Source: Octopus sinensis (taxonomy: Eukaryota). From it: a stretch of DNA of 64,000 nt. This document shows positions 39,058-51,654 of the stretch, piece by piece (within the stretch, counting starts at the first letter, position 1; every line of letters begins with the position of its first letter). Under the pieces are notes generated by a model. It worked only from the letters and a program-made list of their open reading frames with translations. It did no database searches and had not been told where the DNA came from. The stretch is taken from NCBI RefSeq assembly GCF_006345805.1, contig NC_043011.1, forward strand, positions 36,344,464 through 36,408,463, written 5' to 3'. Both the position numbers and the translations under genes were made by a program.

Positions 39058-39224
39058 CATTATTTACATTATTTATATTTGATAGATGTTTGTCCTCATC
39101 TTGTTTGTTGCTAATACAATGTTTCGGCTGATACACCCTCCAACCTTCATCAGGTGTCTTGAGAAATTTCGATCCTGGGTTCTCATTCCTAAGGTATTTT
39201 TCGATGTTGTTGTTGTTGTTGTTG

Positions 39225-39284
<60 letters not shown>

Positions 39285-39361
39285 TCAATGCCTGGAATTG
39301 AACTCAGAATCTTGGGGTTAGTAGCCTGCGCTCTTAACCACTATGCCATATGCTCATGGGC
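39058..39361 (-). mobile_element. Family E, full-length copy with intact hammerhead core (39113-39158)
   Basis: Reverse strand: head GCCCATGAGCATATGGCATAGTGGTTAAGAGCGCAGGCTACTAACCCCAAGATTCTGAGTTCAATTCC, then an (AAT/AAC)n spacer, then GACAC-CTGATGA-A-GGTTG..CAGCC-GAAA-C-ATT|GTATT. Confidence 0.85.
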
Positions 39362-39375
39362 ATATTATTATTATT

Positions 39376-39544
39376 CAGTGACCTGAATAATAACAACAAC
39401 AACAATAATGATAATACTAGTAATAATAGCATCGGAAAAATACCTTAAGAATGAGAACCAAGGTTCGAAATTTCCCCCAAAACACCTGAAGAAGGCTGGA
39501 GGGTATATCAGCTGAAACGTGGTGTTAACAACAAACAAGATGTT
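39376..39544 (+). mobile_element. Family E, 5'-truncated plus arm with hammerhead region (39481-39526)
   Basis: AACAC-CTGAAGA-A-GGCTG..CAGCT-GAAA-C-GTG|GTGTT; head-to-head with the previous copy. Confidence 0.82.
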
Positions 39545-39564
39545 TATGGCACATAACTGGTCAG

Positions 39565-39983
39565 CAGTAGCGTAATTGGGGGGAAGGGCAAAGGGGTCAC
39601 GTGCCTCGGGTGCCAATTGAAGGGGGCAATTCAATGAAAGCAACAAAGAGGAGACTTTAAACAATTGTATTGTGTTTGTTTATTACATCTCATTTCACAC
39701 ATTAGGTTTTTTAATGCTTCAGTTGAGAAAGCTGGTGCATTAAACGGTTAAAATAAGGAGGTTTCGCAAAATTAAACATTCAAAAAATATATTTTGAATG
39801 ACAGGCTGTACGGAACCGGCAGGTAAATGAACCCTGGTAAAGTATTCATTCCTAAAATATTGCTTTAAAATATTAATTACTTGTAACAAACAAGTACTAT
39901 GTAATATTATGGATTTTGTAATAAGTGGGTGGGGGCATTTTTGCAGCTTGCTCCAGGTGGTGTTTACCCTAGTGACACCACTG
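39565..39983. mobile_element. hAT-type MITE with perfect 8-bp TSD
   Basis: CTGGTCAG (39557-64) | CAGTAGCGT ... GACACCACTG | CTGGTCAG (39984-91). Confidence 0.85.
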
Positions 39984-41019
39984 CTGGTCAGTATGTCTGA
40001 AGGGCCAGCAGTATTGCTGATTGCCAATAGTCAGTGTGAAATCAATAGCAATATTTTAACCAGCTGTATAACATGATCAATGATATATACTGCTCAATGA
40101 TATATTAAAATATACACACACACACATGCACACATTTGTGATTTTGCTACGGGTAACATGTAGTCTGGCACAACCTGTTACATAGTTGGGTTAGCAGAAG
40201 TTAAACAATCCACCCGTCAGCTTGACTTATGATGAGAGTTACCAGAAACCAGGTAGGACAAATATGCGATAACCCTCAAAAGGATGAATAAATCCAACTA
40301 ATGGACAAAAAACTATCTCGCATATGTGAAGGGAAATATATAAGCACCCATGATTGTGAGTGAGCATCTAGTTAAACTATCTTAAACTGCTAGTCCTCTA
40401 GCTCTTACCAAAATATCTGTCTAGCAGAAGGTTGTTCTGATGTAAAGCTCAAGGGTCATTCTAGCTTGTTGGTTGATTCCACCTCATCACTTGATCCTTG
40501 GCTGCCTTTAGGGAGACTGCATTGTTACAATCATCCAAACCAATTTTCTAGTTTCTACAACATCCCCATTTGGCCACCCCATTATCATCCCAGTTTTCTT
40601 CAACGCTCCTCTGCACGGGTCTCCCCACTGCCCTGAAGGGGGCAGTATTAACCTCTTTGGGAACCACTGTTGCTGACTCTACATAAAACAGGTGATGTTT
40701 GTTGCCTCTCTCTTCTCTGACTAAGCATTAAAAAAAGAAATGTTAAAACGACTGTTAAGACTTCATGTAATAGAAAGGTTTACTGGTACACCGATTCTGT
40801 ATGTTTATGATATGTTGATAAACAACACAAGCAGAAAATCTACTTGTCAAAATTCAGGGAGCTCAGCATGGCCACCACCCTACAGCTAAATCTAATAAAA
40901 GAGTGTGTGTAGATTCAAAATAAATTTGAGATAGAAATCTATATCACTCCCTAGATGTCCATTTTTTTCCGCAAACACTTATATCCAAAGTTAAGCATCA
41001 GAACCTCATTAACAATACT

Positions 41020-41240
41020 CTCTTTCTTCTTCTTCTTCTTCTTCTTTTTCTTCTTCTTTTTCTTCTTCTTCTTCTTCTTCTTCTTCTTCTTCTTCTTCTT
41101 CTTCTTCTTCTTCTTCTTCTCCTTCTCCTCCTCCTCTCCTCCTCCTCCTCCTGCTTCTTCTTCTCCTCTCCTCCTCCTGCTTCTTCTTCTCCTCTCCTCC
41201 TCCTCCTTCTTATCATCATCATCATCATCATCATCATCAT
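41020..41240. repeat. (CTT/CCT/CAT)n trinucleotide tract
   Basis: Direct reading; explains the poly-F/R ORFs. Confidence 0.95.
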
Positions 41241-41659
41241 TTTTAATTTCCTACGCCTCTATCAAAAACGAAAAAAAGTCAGTTTGTTCATACTTACAGC
41301 AGTTTAAGAAAAAGAAGATGTGAATGTCCTCTTCAAATAAAAAAAAAAGAAAAAAAAAGAAAAAAAAACGAAAACACAAAACACAAAATTTGAATTCAAA
41401 ATCAATAATGATTCCTACAGCAACATCAGCTATACAGCATGTGATTGTATACCTATGAGTATGTATAATAGACTGGAGACATGCATACATATGTATGTGT
41501 GTGTTTTGTAGGTGTTTGGTATATATATATATATATATATGGATAGTATGATAAACAATCCCAACATAATCTGACCCTGAACTCAATTCAAGATGTAGAG
41601 TAAATAAAACAAACTAATATGATGAAAATAGTTGTCACATATAATGACAAGTGACTGTG

Positions 41660-42244
41660 AGACATTTGGAGATATGCGATCTGCTGTGCTCGAGAAGACC
41701 TGGCAAGCAAAGCAAACCATAACTGTGGTCTATGCCAGTGCTGTATAACCAGCCCATTTAAGAGTAACTTTCAATCATTGGACAATAAACTACACTTGCG
41801 AAGACCTGTTGAGGCAAGTGAAATGTTGTCATGGCTGATGACAGTACCGCCTGATTGGCACCAGTGCCAGTGGAATGATAAAAGCACCATCCAAGTGTAA
41901 TTGTTGCCAGGGCCACTGATTGGCTCATGTGCCGGTGGCATGTAAAAGGCATCATTCAAGCATGGTTGTTGCAAGTGCCACTGGACTGGCTCCTGTGCAG
42001 GTGGCACGTAAAAAGCACCATTTGAGTGTGGCCAATGCCAGTGCCACCTGACTGGCCCTCTTGCTGGGGGCACGTAAAGGCATCCACTACACTCTCAGAG
42101 TGGTTGGCATTAGAAAGGGCTTCCAACTGTAGAGACTTTGCCAGATCAGATTGAAGCTTGGTGCAGCCTTCTGGCTCGCCAGTCCTCAGTCAAACTGTCC
42201 AACCCATGCCAGCATGGAAAACAGACGTTAAACGATGATGATAT

Positions 42245-42287
<43 letters not shown>

Positions 42288-42290
42288 TAC
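41660..42290 (+). mobile_element. Family D element, long copy
   Basis: Four AA(A/G)GCA(C/T)C subrepeats, the 3' block and a (GAT)n tail. Confidence 0.78.
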
Positions 42291-42660
42291 AATATATGAT
42301 ATAATATATACGCAGAGGCACACACACACACACACACACATTCATTCAGAGAGAGAAAGAGGCAGGAAGTGAGAGGAAAGGGAGAGGAAAAAATGTTAGA
42401 TGACATTAATATTTACTAGTGGCTTTCTTCTACTTGGCAATAACTGGTGCATATATGCATACACACACACATGAATATATCTATATATATATATACCGGA
42501 GTAAACACATAAATGTGAAACAAGTTGGAAAAAAGAGTACTCAAATACCAGTGGTAGAGTAATATGCTTTAAATAAAGTATATATATATATACACACACG
42601 CACATACTGTTGGTGATTGTTTTCCTCTGTCTTCCCTTCCTTGGATCGTTCCTTTTCCTA

Positions 42661-42696
42661 TGTTTCTGACGAAGAGCTCCGCTCAAAACGTTAAAT
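42661..42696 (+). ncRNA. Degenerate minimal type I hammerhead (PLE-type remnant)
   Basis: GTTT-CTGACGA-A-GAGC(TCC)GCTC-AAAA-C-GTT|AAAT. GAAA has become AAAA at a CpG; ACGT palindrome in stem III. Confidence 0.55.
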
Positions 42697-42816
42697 CCTC
42701 CTTCTTTCTTTCCTTTCTTGAGCGTCCAATAACACTATACTTGTTTCATGTCCTTGCGTTGTTGTGTTTTTCTCTTTTGTTTCATGTTTGGATAAACTTT
42801 ATATACATATATAAAG

Positions 42817-42853
<37 letters not shown>

Positions 42854-43855
42854 ATATATTATATATATATATATACTATATATATATAATACACATTTAA
42901 GTACAGGATATCACCATGAGTAAAAAAAACATACACATAATGAGGGACAAGTACGGGACAAAATACTAAAAGAAGTCTACCTCCTCCTCAGTTGTTGACT
43001 GTTTGTTACTCCGCATTTCATGCTTTCAACCACAAGATCAGAAAACTTCATGAGGCAGCAGCATTCAGAAATTCTAAAAATATAAAATTTGTGGAGAGTT
43101 AGGCCTTAGAATAAAAAGCAACAATAGCATGGCCTTATAGAGTAAGCAATTGACGAAGAAAAACATTAAGGGCTGTCAGACCAAGACGAATTCTAATGGA
43201 TAATGCTTGGGAGAATTTTGAATGAAAATAGAATAAATAGAAGAGAAGAAAATAGCAGAAGAGAAAAAATGTCGGGAGGCGAGAGAAATGACATCCAGCT
43301 ATGCGGACGTCTGGTCGTGTTGTTTGTCTTGTTTTCCGCTTGTTTTTTTGTTGTTTGCTAAAAGAGTTTGTATTCCATGTTGTATTTCGTATTTTATGTT
43401 GTTTTCGTATTTTATGTTTATTTTATGCTGTTTACATTCCGTGGTGTTCTGTGCCCATATATACATGTATATACAAATATATGTATGTACATACATATAT
43501 GTGTATGTATGCATATATCTTTATATATTATCTACCTATCTATCTATCTATCTATCTACTATTATATATCTATATATAAATAATTATATATATTATATAT
43601 ATATATATATATATTATATATACATATATATAACATACATATATATATATATATATATACAAAAAGCAATAAAATTCAGTTAATTTAAATGAATTTACTT
43701 GAATATGGTACCTAACTTAGATGCACCAAAAAAAAGACTGTACATCATCTTTAAAGAACTTTAAGAACTTTGAAATCTGTTTATGTTACTTAATTATCTA
43801 CATTACTTCATGAGTATAGCCTCAACCACTAGGATGTCTAGAGAACTCACATGTA

Positions 43856-43947
43856 TTTTAGCTGATGAGTACGGACACGCGTTTATATGCTGTAATTTTT
43901 ACAACTTTTAATAAAGCCTGTCCTTGTATGAAACGATTGTACTAAAA
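43856..43947 (+). ncRNA. Type I hammerhead ribozyme fold with extended stem II and intact core
   Basis: Stem I UUUUAG 43856-61 / CUAAAA 43942-47 (6/6 pairs); CUGAUGA 43862-68; stem II GUAC-GGAC / GUCC-UU-GUAU; GAAA 43930-33; stem III ACGAUUGU; GUA triplet 43939-41. Confidence 0.72.
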
Positions 43948-43975
43948 CCTATCCATTCTTGTTGCTTCTTTCTCG

Positions 43976-44006
<31 letters not shown>

Positions 44007-44989
44007 TATCTTCTAAGATAATAAAAACTGGAGACGTGCATGCACACACACACAAGTTTGCTCACTGTCACCATTTATTTTAATTTTTTAGTTGTAACTA
44101 GTTTGTGATCGAGGTATTTTATTTTGCAAGGTACTAGTTTCCCTTGAATTTGTAATTTCTTCATATTTTGCATCTCTGGTATTTTGACTTTACAGTTTGA
44201 ATTGTAGTATCCAATAGAAATATTGCAACTGCTAACAGTGAAATATACAATTAAAAAAAAGTCTTTTTCGATTGTTATCAAGTCTTAGAGAACATTGATG
44301 TCTATTTTTCAAAAATATATAATTTGAAATAGTTTGCTTTTGTTTTGGACTGAAAATTTGTTGGTATTTTAATGTTCTTTAATAAACATCTTCACATACA
44401 AAAGCTGAGACAACTATATTTCACAGTTGTTATTTTGAAAAGCTTGTCTTCTGATATTTGTGAGTCAATTGAATTAATATTCAACTCTATTAAATATTGG
44501 CCTTCCTAAGCATAAAATAATATGGTAGTTCCAGCCCTAAATAGATTTAACTTGTACTTTTAAAGATGTTCTTTAGGATAACATGAAATATTGAACTTCA
44601 GATAGAATAAAGTAAAATATAGTTCTCAATAAAAGGTGTATAGATTATGAATTTTGATTGAAGAGATGGGCCTTTGAAACAAAATGTTGCAGGAGGTCTC
44701 TAAAAGTCATGCGACGACCCTGATATCATCCCAATGATGGAATCAACCTACAAATATTATTCTGGACTGCTGAGCTCCCGGAAACAGCTGTCGGATTTGT
44801 AATACTTTTCTTCAACACCTATTTCATTTGTATTCTATTTAAGTCAGTAATTTTTTTATATGTAAACATATATATACATTTTCTGTACATATTTCTTGTA
44901 TTCCATGTATTAACTGCATAACTTGCTTATCACTACATTTACCTATTTATATATATATGTGTGTATATATATATATATATATGTGTGTG

Positions 44990-45024
<35 letters not shown>

Positions 45025-45119
45025 GTTTATATATATATGTATATATATATGTATGTGTGAGGGAGGAATTTTCTTTATTCTTGTGTTTTTGACAATTAGT
45101 TATGATAGCATAGGATTTG

Positions 45120-46000
45120 TAGGAGTGGCTGTGTGGTAAGTAGCTTGCTTACCAACCATATGGTTCCAGGTTCAGTCCCACTGCATGGCACCTTGAGCAA
45201 ATGTCTTCAACTGTAGCCTCGGGCCAACCAAAGCCTTGTGAGTGGATTTGGTAGACAAAAACTGAAAGAAGCCCATTGCATATATGTATATATATATATA
45301 TATATATAGAGCGCCGCCTCCACTGGCTTCCGTGCCGGTGGCACGTAAAATACACCAATCTGACCGTACGACAGGCACCCATGCCAACCCCCTCGCTTGC
45401 GAAGACATGTTGGGGCAAGCGAAATCGAATTGAACCAGCCAGGATCCCTGGTCTGGTGGTACGTAAAAAGCACTATCGGACTCGTGGCCGATGCCAGCAC
45501 CGCCTTGTCTGGCTTCAGTGCCGGTGGCACATAAAATACACCAATCTGACCATGGCCGTTGCCAGCCTCGCCTGGCACCTGTGCAGTGGGCACTTAAAAA
45601 GCACCCATACACTCACGGAGTGGTTGGGCGTAGGAAGGGCATCCAGCTGTAGAAACACTGCCAGATAAGACTGGAGCCTGGTGCAGCCTTCTGGCTTCCC
45701 AGATCCCCGGTCGAACCGTCCAACCCTGCTAGCATGAGAACGGACGTTAAACGATGATGATGATGATGATGATGATATATATATATGTATGTTTGTGTGT
45801 CTGTTTTTGCCCCACTAACATTGCTTGACAACCAATGCTGGTGTGTTTATGTCCCCGTAACTTAGCAGTTTAGCAAAAGAGATAAATAGAATATGTAGTA
45901 AGCTTACAAAGATTAAGTCTTGGGATCGATTTGCTCAACTAAAGGCAGTGCTCCAGCATGGCCACAGTCAAATGACTGAAACAAGTAACAAGAGTAAAAA
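45120..46000 (+). mobile_element. SINE family A split by a family D insertion (~45310-45775)
   Basis: Head 45120-45300 and tail 45780-46000 are collinear. The D element with its (GAT)n tail sits in the internal (TA)n tract. Confidence 0.82.
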
Positions 46001-46289
46001 AAAAATGAGTATAGATAATGTATTTTTGTGGTATTGTTTGGAGGTTTTAACTATTAATTCTAGTGGGTCACACAACCATATAAAAATTTCATTATATATG
46101 TGTTAAAAAATCTGCTGCTCTCTGTATTCAGATCTCTTTAAGATGCTATATGCATGTAATGGTAGAAGCTCTATTTTTTGTATGCCATATACAACTAGAT
46201 GTATATATAACTATATGCACACATATATACATACATAGATATCTATCAATACGACATATATATATATATTTATATATATATATATATCT

Positions 46290-46644
46290 ATATATATATA
46301 TATATATATATAACATATACATACATACATGCATACATACATACATACATAAATACATACATACATATATAATACATACATAAGAGGTATTCATTATACA
46401 TAGATGTATACTTAGATGCACATCCAATATACAGGCACTGATATACACATATACATGTATACACATACACATCTACACATACACACAGATACATTCTTAC
46501 ATACATACATACACACATGCATACATACGTATGTACACATTCATACATGCATTTATGCATACATATATACACACATTCATATTCAAACACACGCATACAT
46601 ACATACATACATACATATATACACGCATACATACATACATACAT

Positions 46645-46675
<31 letters not shown>

Positions 46676-46777
46676 CATACACACATACATACATACATAC
46701 ATACATACATACACACACACATACATATATACATACACACATACATACAGGCATACATACATACATGCATACATACA

Positions 46778-46811
<34 letters not shown>

Positions 46812-46845
46812 CATACATACATACATACATGCATACACAACATAA
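46290..46845. repeat. (TACA)n tract
   Basis: Direct reading. Confidence 0.95.
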
Positions 46846-47120
46846 TTTTCATGAAAGAATAAAATACAGTATGTGACCCACACTCAGATCTTTGACACTT
46901 AATATGCACTACATGGAATGGTGGTTGTCAGAACTGGGTATTTCTTTCTCAGGCGATTTATATGAATAAATAATATTATGTAATAAGTTATAAATTAGTT
47001 TTTTTTTTAATGGAAGCAAATAACAATGAAATATGTGAGTTCTTATATGTGTTTTCTCTTTTTTCTTTTACATCCAAACAAGTCGTTTCATATAGCCTTT
47101 AAATTAGTATGTCTGGCTTA

Positions 47121-47151
<31 letters not shown>

Positions 47152-47327
47152 GAGAGTCATACACCCGCAAACCTCAAAATATTTGATGGATGTGTAAATA
47201 TTAATATATACGTATATACATACTTATAAATATTATGTATGTATGTGTATGTATACATAAATATACATATATATATATACATATATATAATATAGATAAT
47301 ATATAAATATATGCATATATACAATAC

Positions 47328-47365
<38 letters not shown>

Positions 47366-48677
47366 ACAGGTATATATATGTGTATATACAAGTATATATA
47401 TATATACTTATATATATGTATATTATGTGCATAAGTATGCATATATATATACACATGATATATGATATATATATGTATATATATATATATATATAATATC
47501 ATATAATATATCTACAATGTAGATATACACACATACACACACACATATATATATATATCTATATATATAATATACATATATCCACCATATATCAATATAA
47601 ATGTATAGACATTTGTGCATACATTTATGTGTATGTATATATGGAAGTGCATATCAAATACATACTGTTGATATATTGATATATTGCATCAATGTAATTT
47701 GATGTGCCGAGCTGACCTTCTGATGCATGTCCTGTGTTCGTATAACACAACTGACAAATTTGTAATTATTCTTTCATAAATAATACCATCAATCTTTCAT
47801 TGGTTATAGTTGATTGCCGTATTAATAGAGTGGCGAATGTTTACAGTGGATATATTGATATATATGCATATTTATGTGTGTGTGTGTATGAAGAGATACA
47901 CTGAGTGTGTGTATATATATAAGTCTGTATTCGACTTGTTCTGCTTGTATGTTTAGGTGTGTGGGTGAATTAATATGAATTGGGCTGTTTCTGAATGGAT
48001 TTTTGAAAATGATGTACATGATTCTGTATGTGTGTAAGTGTGTGTATGTTATAGGGTATGTATGTATATTAGACGTGTGTGTGTTTGTTATAAGGCGTGT
48101 GTGTATTATAATTTGTATGAATGTTTGTATTTCATCTACCTGTGTTAAAACCTATGTACATATTTTAGTCGTACAGTTGTGTGTATGTGTGTTTGTGTGT
48201 TAGAAGCTGTATGTATAAGAAGCTACATGTACGTTTGTCTGTGTTAGACATTGTATGTGCATCCATGTTAGAAGTCGTTTATGTATGAAAAAGCTGTTTA
48301 TATGTGTGTGTGTGTGGTACATGTATGTATAAAAAAGCTATGTGTGTCTATGCAGTATGTATGTGTGCAAGTGAGTTTATGCGTGAATACTAGTGACTGA
48401 CTATGTGAGCATGTATGCGAATACTTTTATATGTGTGCACACACATGTGTGATTAGAATATAAGTATATTTACGAGCATTGGAAACTCAATATTTCTGAA
48501 TGACATAAGCTACATGTGTTCATTATATTACATGATGAATGTGTCTATACATGTTAGGGTTTGAGTCCTTTAGAAATGGTCAGAAACGGAATGGATTTTT
48601 GTAGTTTAGAAGTTCTATGTGTTTGTGAAAGCATGCGTTGAACTATGTACAAGTGAATCTGTGCACTTAAATGCATG

Positions 48678-49658
48678 CTGTTGGGTCTCACGGAGACAAG
48701 TGGCTGAGTTTCTTTCCAGTGTTGGGCCTCATGGAGGAATGTGGCTAAGTGTCTTTTGAGCATTGGGCCTCATGGAGGCAAGTGGTTGAGTTCTTTTCGA
48801 GCATTGGGCTTCATGGAGGCAAGTGGCTGAGTACCTTTTGAGCGTTGGGCCTCATGGAGGCAAGTGGTTGAGTTCCTTTTGAGCATTGGGCTTCATGGAG
48901 GCAAGTGGCTGAGTAAGGTTTGAGTGTTGGGTCTCATGGAGGTAAGTGGCTGAGTTCCTTTCGAGCATTGGGCTTCATAGAAGCAAATGGCTGAGATCTT
49001 TTCAAGCATTGGGACTCATGGAGGCAAGTGGCTGATATTCCTTTCGGAGCGATGGGGTTCATGGAGGCAAGTGGCTGAGTTCCTTCGAGCGATGGGGTTC
49101 ATGGAGGCAAGTGGCTGAGTTCCTTTCGAGCGATGGGGTTCATGGAGGCATGGCTGAGTTCCTTTCGAGCGATGGGGTTCATGGAGGCAAGTGGCTGAGT
49201 TCTTTCGAGCGATGGGGTTCATTGAGGCAAGTGGCTGAGTTCCTTTCGAGCGATGGGGTTCATGGAGGCAAGTGGCTGAGTTCCTTTCGAGCGATGGGGT
49301 TCATGGAGGCAAGTGGCTGAGTTCCTTTCGAGCGATGGGGTTCATGGAGGCAAGTGGCTGAGTTCCTTTCGAGCGATGGGGTTCATGGAGGCAAGTGGCT
49401 GAGTTCCTTTCGAGCGATGGGGTTCATGGAGGCAAGTGGCTGAGTTCCTTTCGAGCGATGGGGTTCATGGAGGCAAGTGGCTGAGTTCCTTTCGAGCGAT
49501 GGGGTTCATGGAGGCAAGTGGCTGAGTCCTTTCGAGCGATGGGGTTCATGGAGGCAAATGGCTGAGTTCCTTTCGAGCGATGGGGTTCATGGAGGCAAGT
49601 GGCTGAGTTCCTTTCGTGCGATGGGGTTCATGGAGGCAAGTGGCTGAGTTCCTTTCGA
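48678..49658. repeat. 41-bp minisatellite, ~24 copies
   Basis: Unit GAGCGATGGGGTTCATGGAGGCAAGTGGCTGAGTTCCTTTC; the period was measured as 41 at 48758/48799 and at 49207/49248. Confidence 0.95.
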
Positions 49659-49768
49659 TTATTTTGTCTCTTTATTACCCACAAGAGGCTAAACATAGAG
49701 GGGACAAACAAGGACTGACAAACGGATTAAGTCGACTACATCGACCCCAGTGCGTAACTGGTACATAA

Positions 49769-50052
49769 TTTTACAATATAATTCTATATATAATTACAAG
49801 CCAGCAAAAAAAAGCCCTTGATGGAAACACTTGACCTGCTAGAAATGACAGCCAAATTTATCTCCCAGTCTCACTGTGTACCATATTTGAAAGGAAGAGA
49901 AAGGTAGGATCATTTGGATAATGAAACCATGGATACACTCTGTTGGGAAAAACAAAATCAAAACAAGAAACAACAATTAATACATTTTTGCTCATAGCTC
50001 TATTCAATCAGAGAGGCCTTGGGGACCAAGTAATACTACCACCACCACCACC

Positions 50053-50101
<49 letters not shown>

Positions 50102-50287
50102 CTAACAACATTAACACATTACAACTAATATATTAGTAGTATTAAGTAATTATTACACAAACTATTAACCTTGTATCCTTTTTTTTAATGGTATTTGCTT
50201 CAACTTCATTATTTTTCGAACATTAAGAACAAAAAACAAAAACAATAGAACTGGCTGATCAGTTTCTAATACATTCTTTCTTTGTTT
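49769..50287 (+). repeat. Left arm of ~500-bp inverted duplication
   Basis: Reverse complement of 51434-51932 apart from 8 substitutions and microsatellite/homopolymer length changes. Confidence 0.95.
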
Positions 50288-50319
50288 TTTTAGGGAGAGA
50301 GAGAGAGAGAGAGAGATAC

Positions 50320-50710
50320 AGTGGAGGCACAATGGCCCAGTGGTTAGGGCAGCAGACTCACGGTCATTAGATCGTGGTTTCGATTCCCAGACCAGGCATT
50401 GTGAGTGTTTATTGAGTGAAAACACCTAAAGCTCCACGAGGCTCCAGCAGGGGGTGGTGGTGAACCCTGCTATACTTTTTCACCACAACTTTCTCTCACT
50501 CTTTCTTCCTGTTTCTGTTGCTTTGCCTGTATTTCGAAGGGGGCCAGCCTTGTCACACTCTGTGTCATGCTGAATCTCACCCGAGAACTACATTAAGGGT
50601 ACACGTGTCTGTGGAGTGCTCAGCCACTTTCACATTAACTTCACAAGCAGGCTGTTCTGTTGATCGGATCAACTTCAACCTTCGTCGTCGTAACCGACGG
50701 AGTACCCCGA
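50320..50710 (+). mobile_element. SINE family C
   Basis: GGAGGCACAATGGCCCAGTGGTTAGGGCAGC head, with a body matching the 18745-19350 copy. Confidence 0.85.
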
Positions 50711-50763
50711 TATCGATACATACACACATACATCATACATATATACATACCAGTAAATATGTG

Positions 50764-50805
<42 letters not shown>

Positions 50806-51088
50806 TGTGTATATATGTATATCATTAGATTTTATCTTAGCAATCAGTGATTTTCTAAAGTACTAACGACCATTACTTGGTTTAACTTTAAATTGCATTG
50901 ATTTCACATTAGTAGTGAATCATTTGCGTATGTAATTATTGGTTGTACTTGTGAATTTTATCTGGTATATTATGCCTGTGCAATACATACATACATATAC
51001 CATACATATGCATACATGTGTGTGTATACACACACACATACATACATATAGCATATACACACAGACACATATATATTTGTGTGACTGA

Positions 51089-51156
<68 letters not shown>

Positions 51157-51433
51157 GTATGTATATATATATATATATATGTATATATATGCATATGTGT
51201 GTGTTAGGAGAAAGTTTCAATCAGGAAAATCTGTTATTATCTGAGGCCATTTCCATCTATTAATTAGTCGAGTCTAACTGAAAGAAATGAATGAACACGT
51301 GAATGAGTATGTGTATGAATGAGCGAGAAGACAGTATAAAGATGAACTGATAAAACCAGGAAAGAAATGAAATGAAAAGACAAAAACAAAAACATGAACA
51401 AAAACAAAAACAAAAAACAACAAAAACAAAACA

Positions 51434-51622
51434 AAACAAAGAAAGAATGTATTAGAAACTGATCAGCCAGTTCTATTGTTTTTGTTTTTTTGTTCTTAAT
51501 GTTCGAAAAATAATGAAGTCGAAGCAAATACCATTAAAAATAAGGATACGAGGTTAATAGTTTGTGTAATAATTACTTAATACTACTAATATATTAGTTG
51601 TAATGTGTTAATGTTGTTAGTG

Positions 51623-51654
<32 letters not shown>

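Noticed and set aside
44690-44800. CpG-containing, protein-looking stretch (DDPDIIPMMESTYKYYSGLL..)
   Set aside because: It is bounded by stops, with no convincing splice sites on either strand and no recognisable motif.
48678-49658. CRISPR-like array (also considered for 57448-57697)
   Set aside because: The units are contiguous with no unique spacers, and the context is eukaryotic; these are plain minisatellites.
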